Shown piece by piece: positions 63,285 through 64,000 of a stretch of 64,000 bases of DNA (position 1 is its first letter; each line of letters starts with the position of its first letter). The DNA comes from Mobula hypostoma (taxonomy: Eukaryota), in assembly GCF_963921235.1 (NCBI RefSeq), contig NC_086108.1, positions 102,674,001 through 102,738,000 of the forward strand. The letters run 5' to 3'. Made by a program: the position numbers and the translations under genes. Under the pieces are notes generated by a model that was not told the DNA's origin, made no database searches, and was given only the letters and a program-made list of their open reading frames with translations.

Positions 63285-63422
63285 TAAACACAAGTGATTC
63301 TACAGATGCTGGAATTCCAGAGCAACACACACAAAGTGCTGGAAGAACACAGCAAGTCAGGCAGCATATATGAAGAGGAATAAACTGCCGACGTTTTGGG
63401 CCAAGACCCTTTATCAGGACTG
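63285..63422 (-). mobile_element. PLE terminal repeat with degenerate hammerhead motif
   Basis: Same repeat as 1910-2020. Confidence 0.7.
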
Positions 63423-63424
63423 AT

Positions 63425-64000
63425 ATTTTCTAACTATCCTATTATCATATCTTTTATTAATAGACCAAGCATTTTCCCTACAGCTGTTGTTAGGCAAATA
63501 GATCTGTAGTTCCCTGTTCTCTCTTTCCCTCCTTTTACACTTGCCACCACCTAATTTGCAGGAATGATCCCATATTCTGTGCAGTAGATGATGACAAATG
63601 CATTCACTATTCCTATTCACTATTCCATGATTTCGATGGCTACTTCTTGTATTCATCAAGGGTACGGATTATCAGGCCCTGGGAATGTTCAGTGCCATTA
63701 ACTTTTTTAGCACTGTTTTTAAACTAATACTAATTTCCTTTAAATCTCCCTTTCCATTAGATCCCTGCATTCCCCGCATTTCTGAGATGCATTTGTGTTC
63801 CCTTCCATTGAAGACAGAACTAGTGTTTAATTGCTCTGATTTTTCTTTGTTCCCCAGTGGAACTTTTCGTTTTTCTAACTGTAAGGGACTGACATTTGTC
63901 TTCACAAATCTTTTCCTTTTTACTTCCCTCTAGAAGCTTTGACAAACCATTTTCATGTGCCTTGTAAGTTTCCTTTCATGCTCAGTTTCTCCTCACTTAA
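63425..64000 (-). mobile_element. Old CR1 ORF2 fragment
   Basis: KTNVSPLQLE...EQLNTSSVF...LKEISISLKTVLKKLMAL, homologous to 38350-38700. Confidence 0.7.

Overview
Repeat-dense vertebrate genomic DNA whose repeat families point to a cartilaginous fish, probably a ray or skate (inference). The only host gene I can support is the 3' end of an ST6GALNAC3-like alpha-2,6-sialyltransferase on the + strand. It has a 108-bp sialylmotif-S exon (44115-44222) and a terminal exon carrying motif III and sialylmotif VS (59801-60020). The rest of the window is probably intron and 3' flank, filled with nested mobile elements: CR1, Rex1/Babar, RTE, L1-like and Hero-like non-LTR elements, Penelope-like elements (PLEs), two decayed Gypsy copies, tRNA-derived SINEs, a Tc1 relic and two hAT-like elements. 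Most notable: (1) PLE terminal repeats containing minimal hammerhead-ribozyme motifs, including TSD-flanked fold-back mini-elements; (2) a composite hAT-like element with 6-bp TSDs; (3) an RTE insertion with a twin-priming-type 5' inversion whose 3' tail is shared with a young SINE family. All family names come from motif recognition, not database searches, and repeat boundaries are approximate unless a TSD is quoted.
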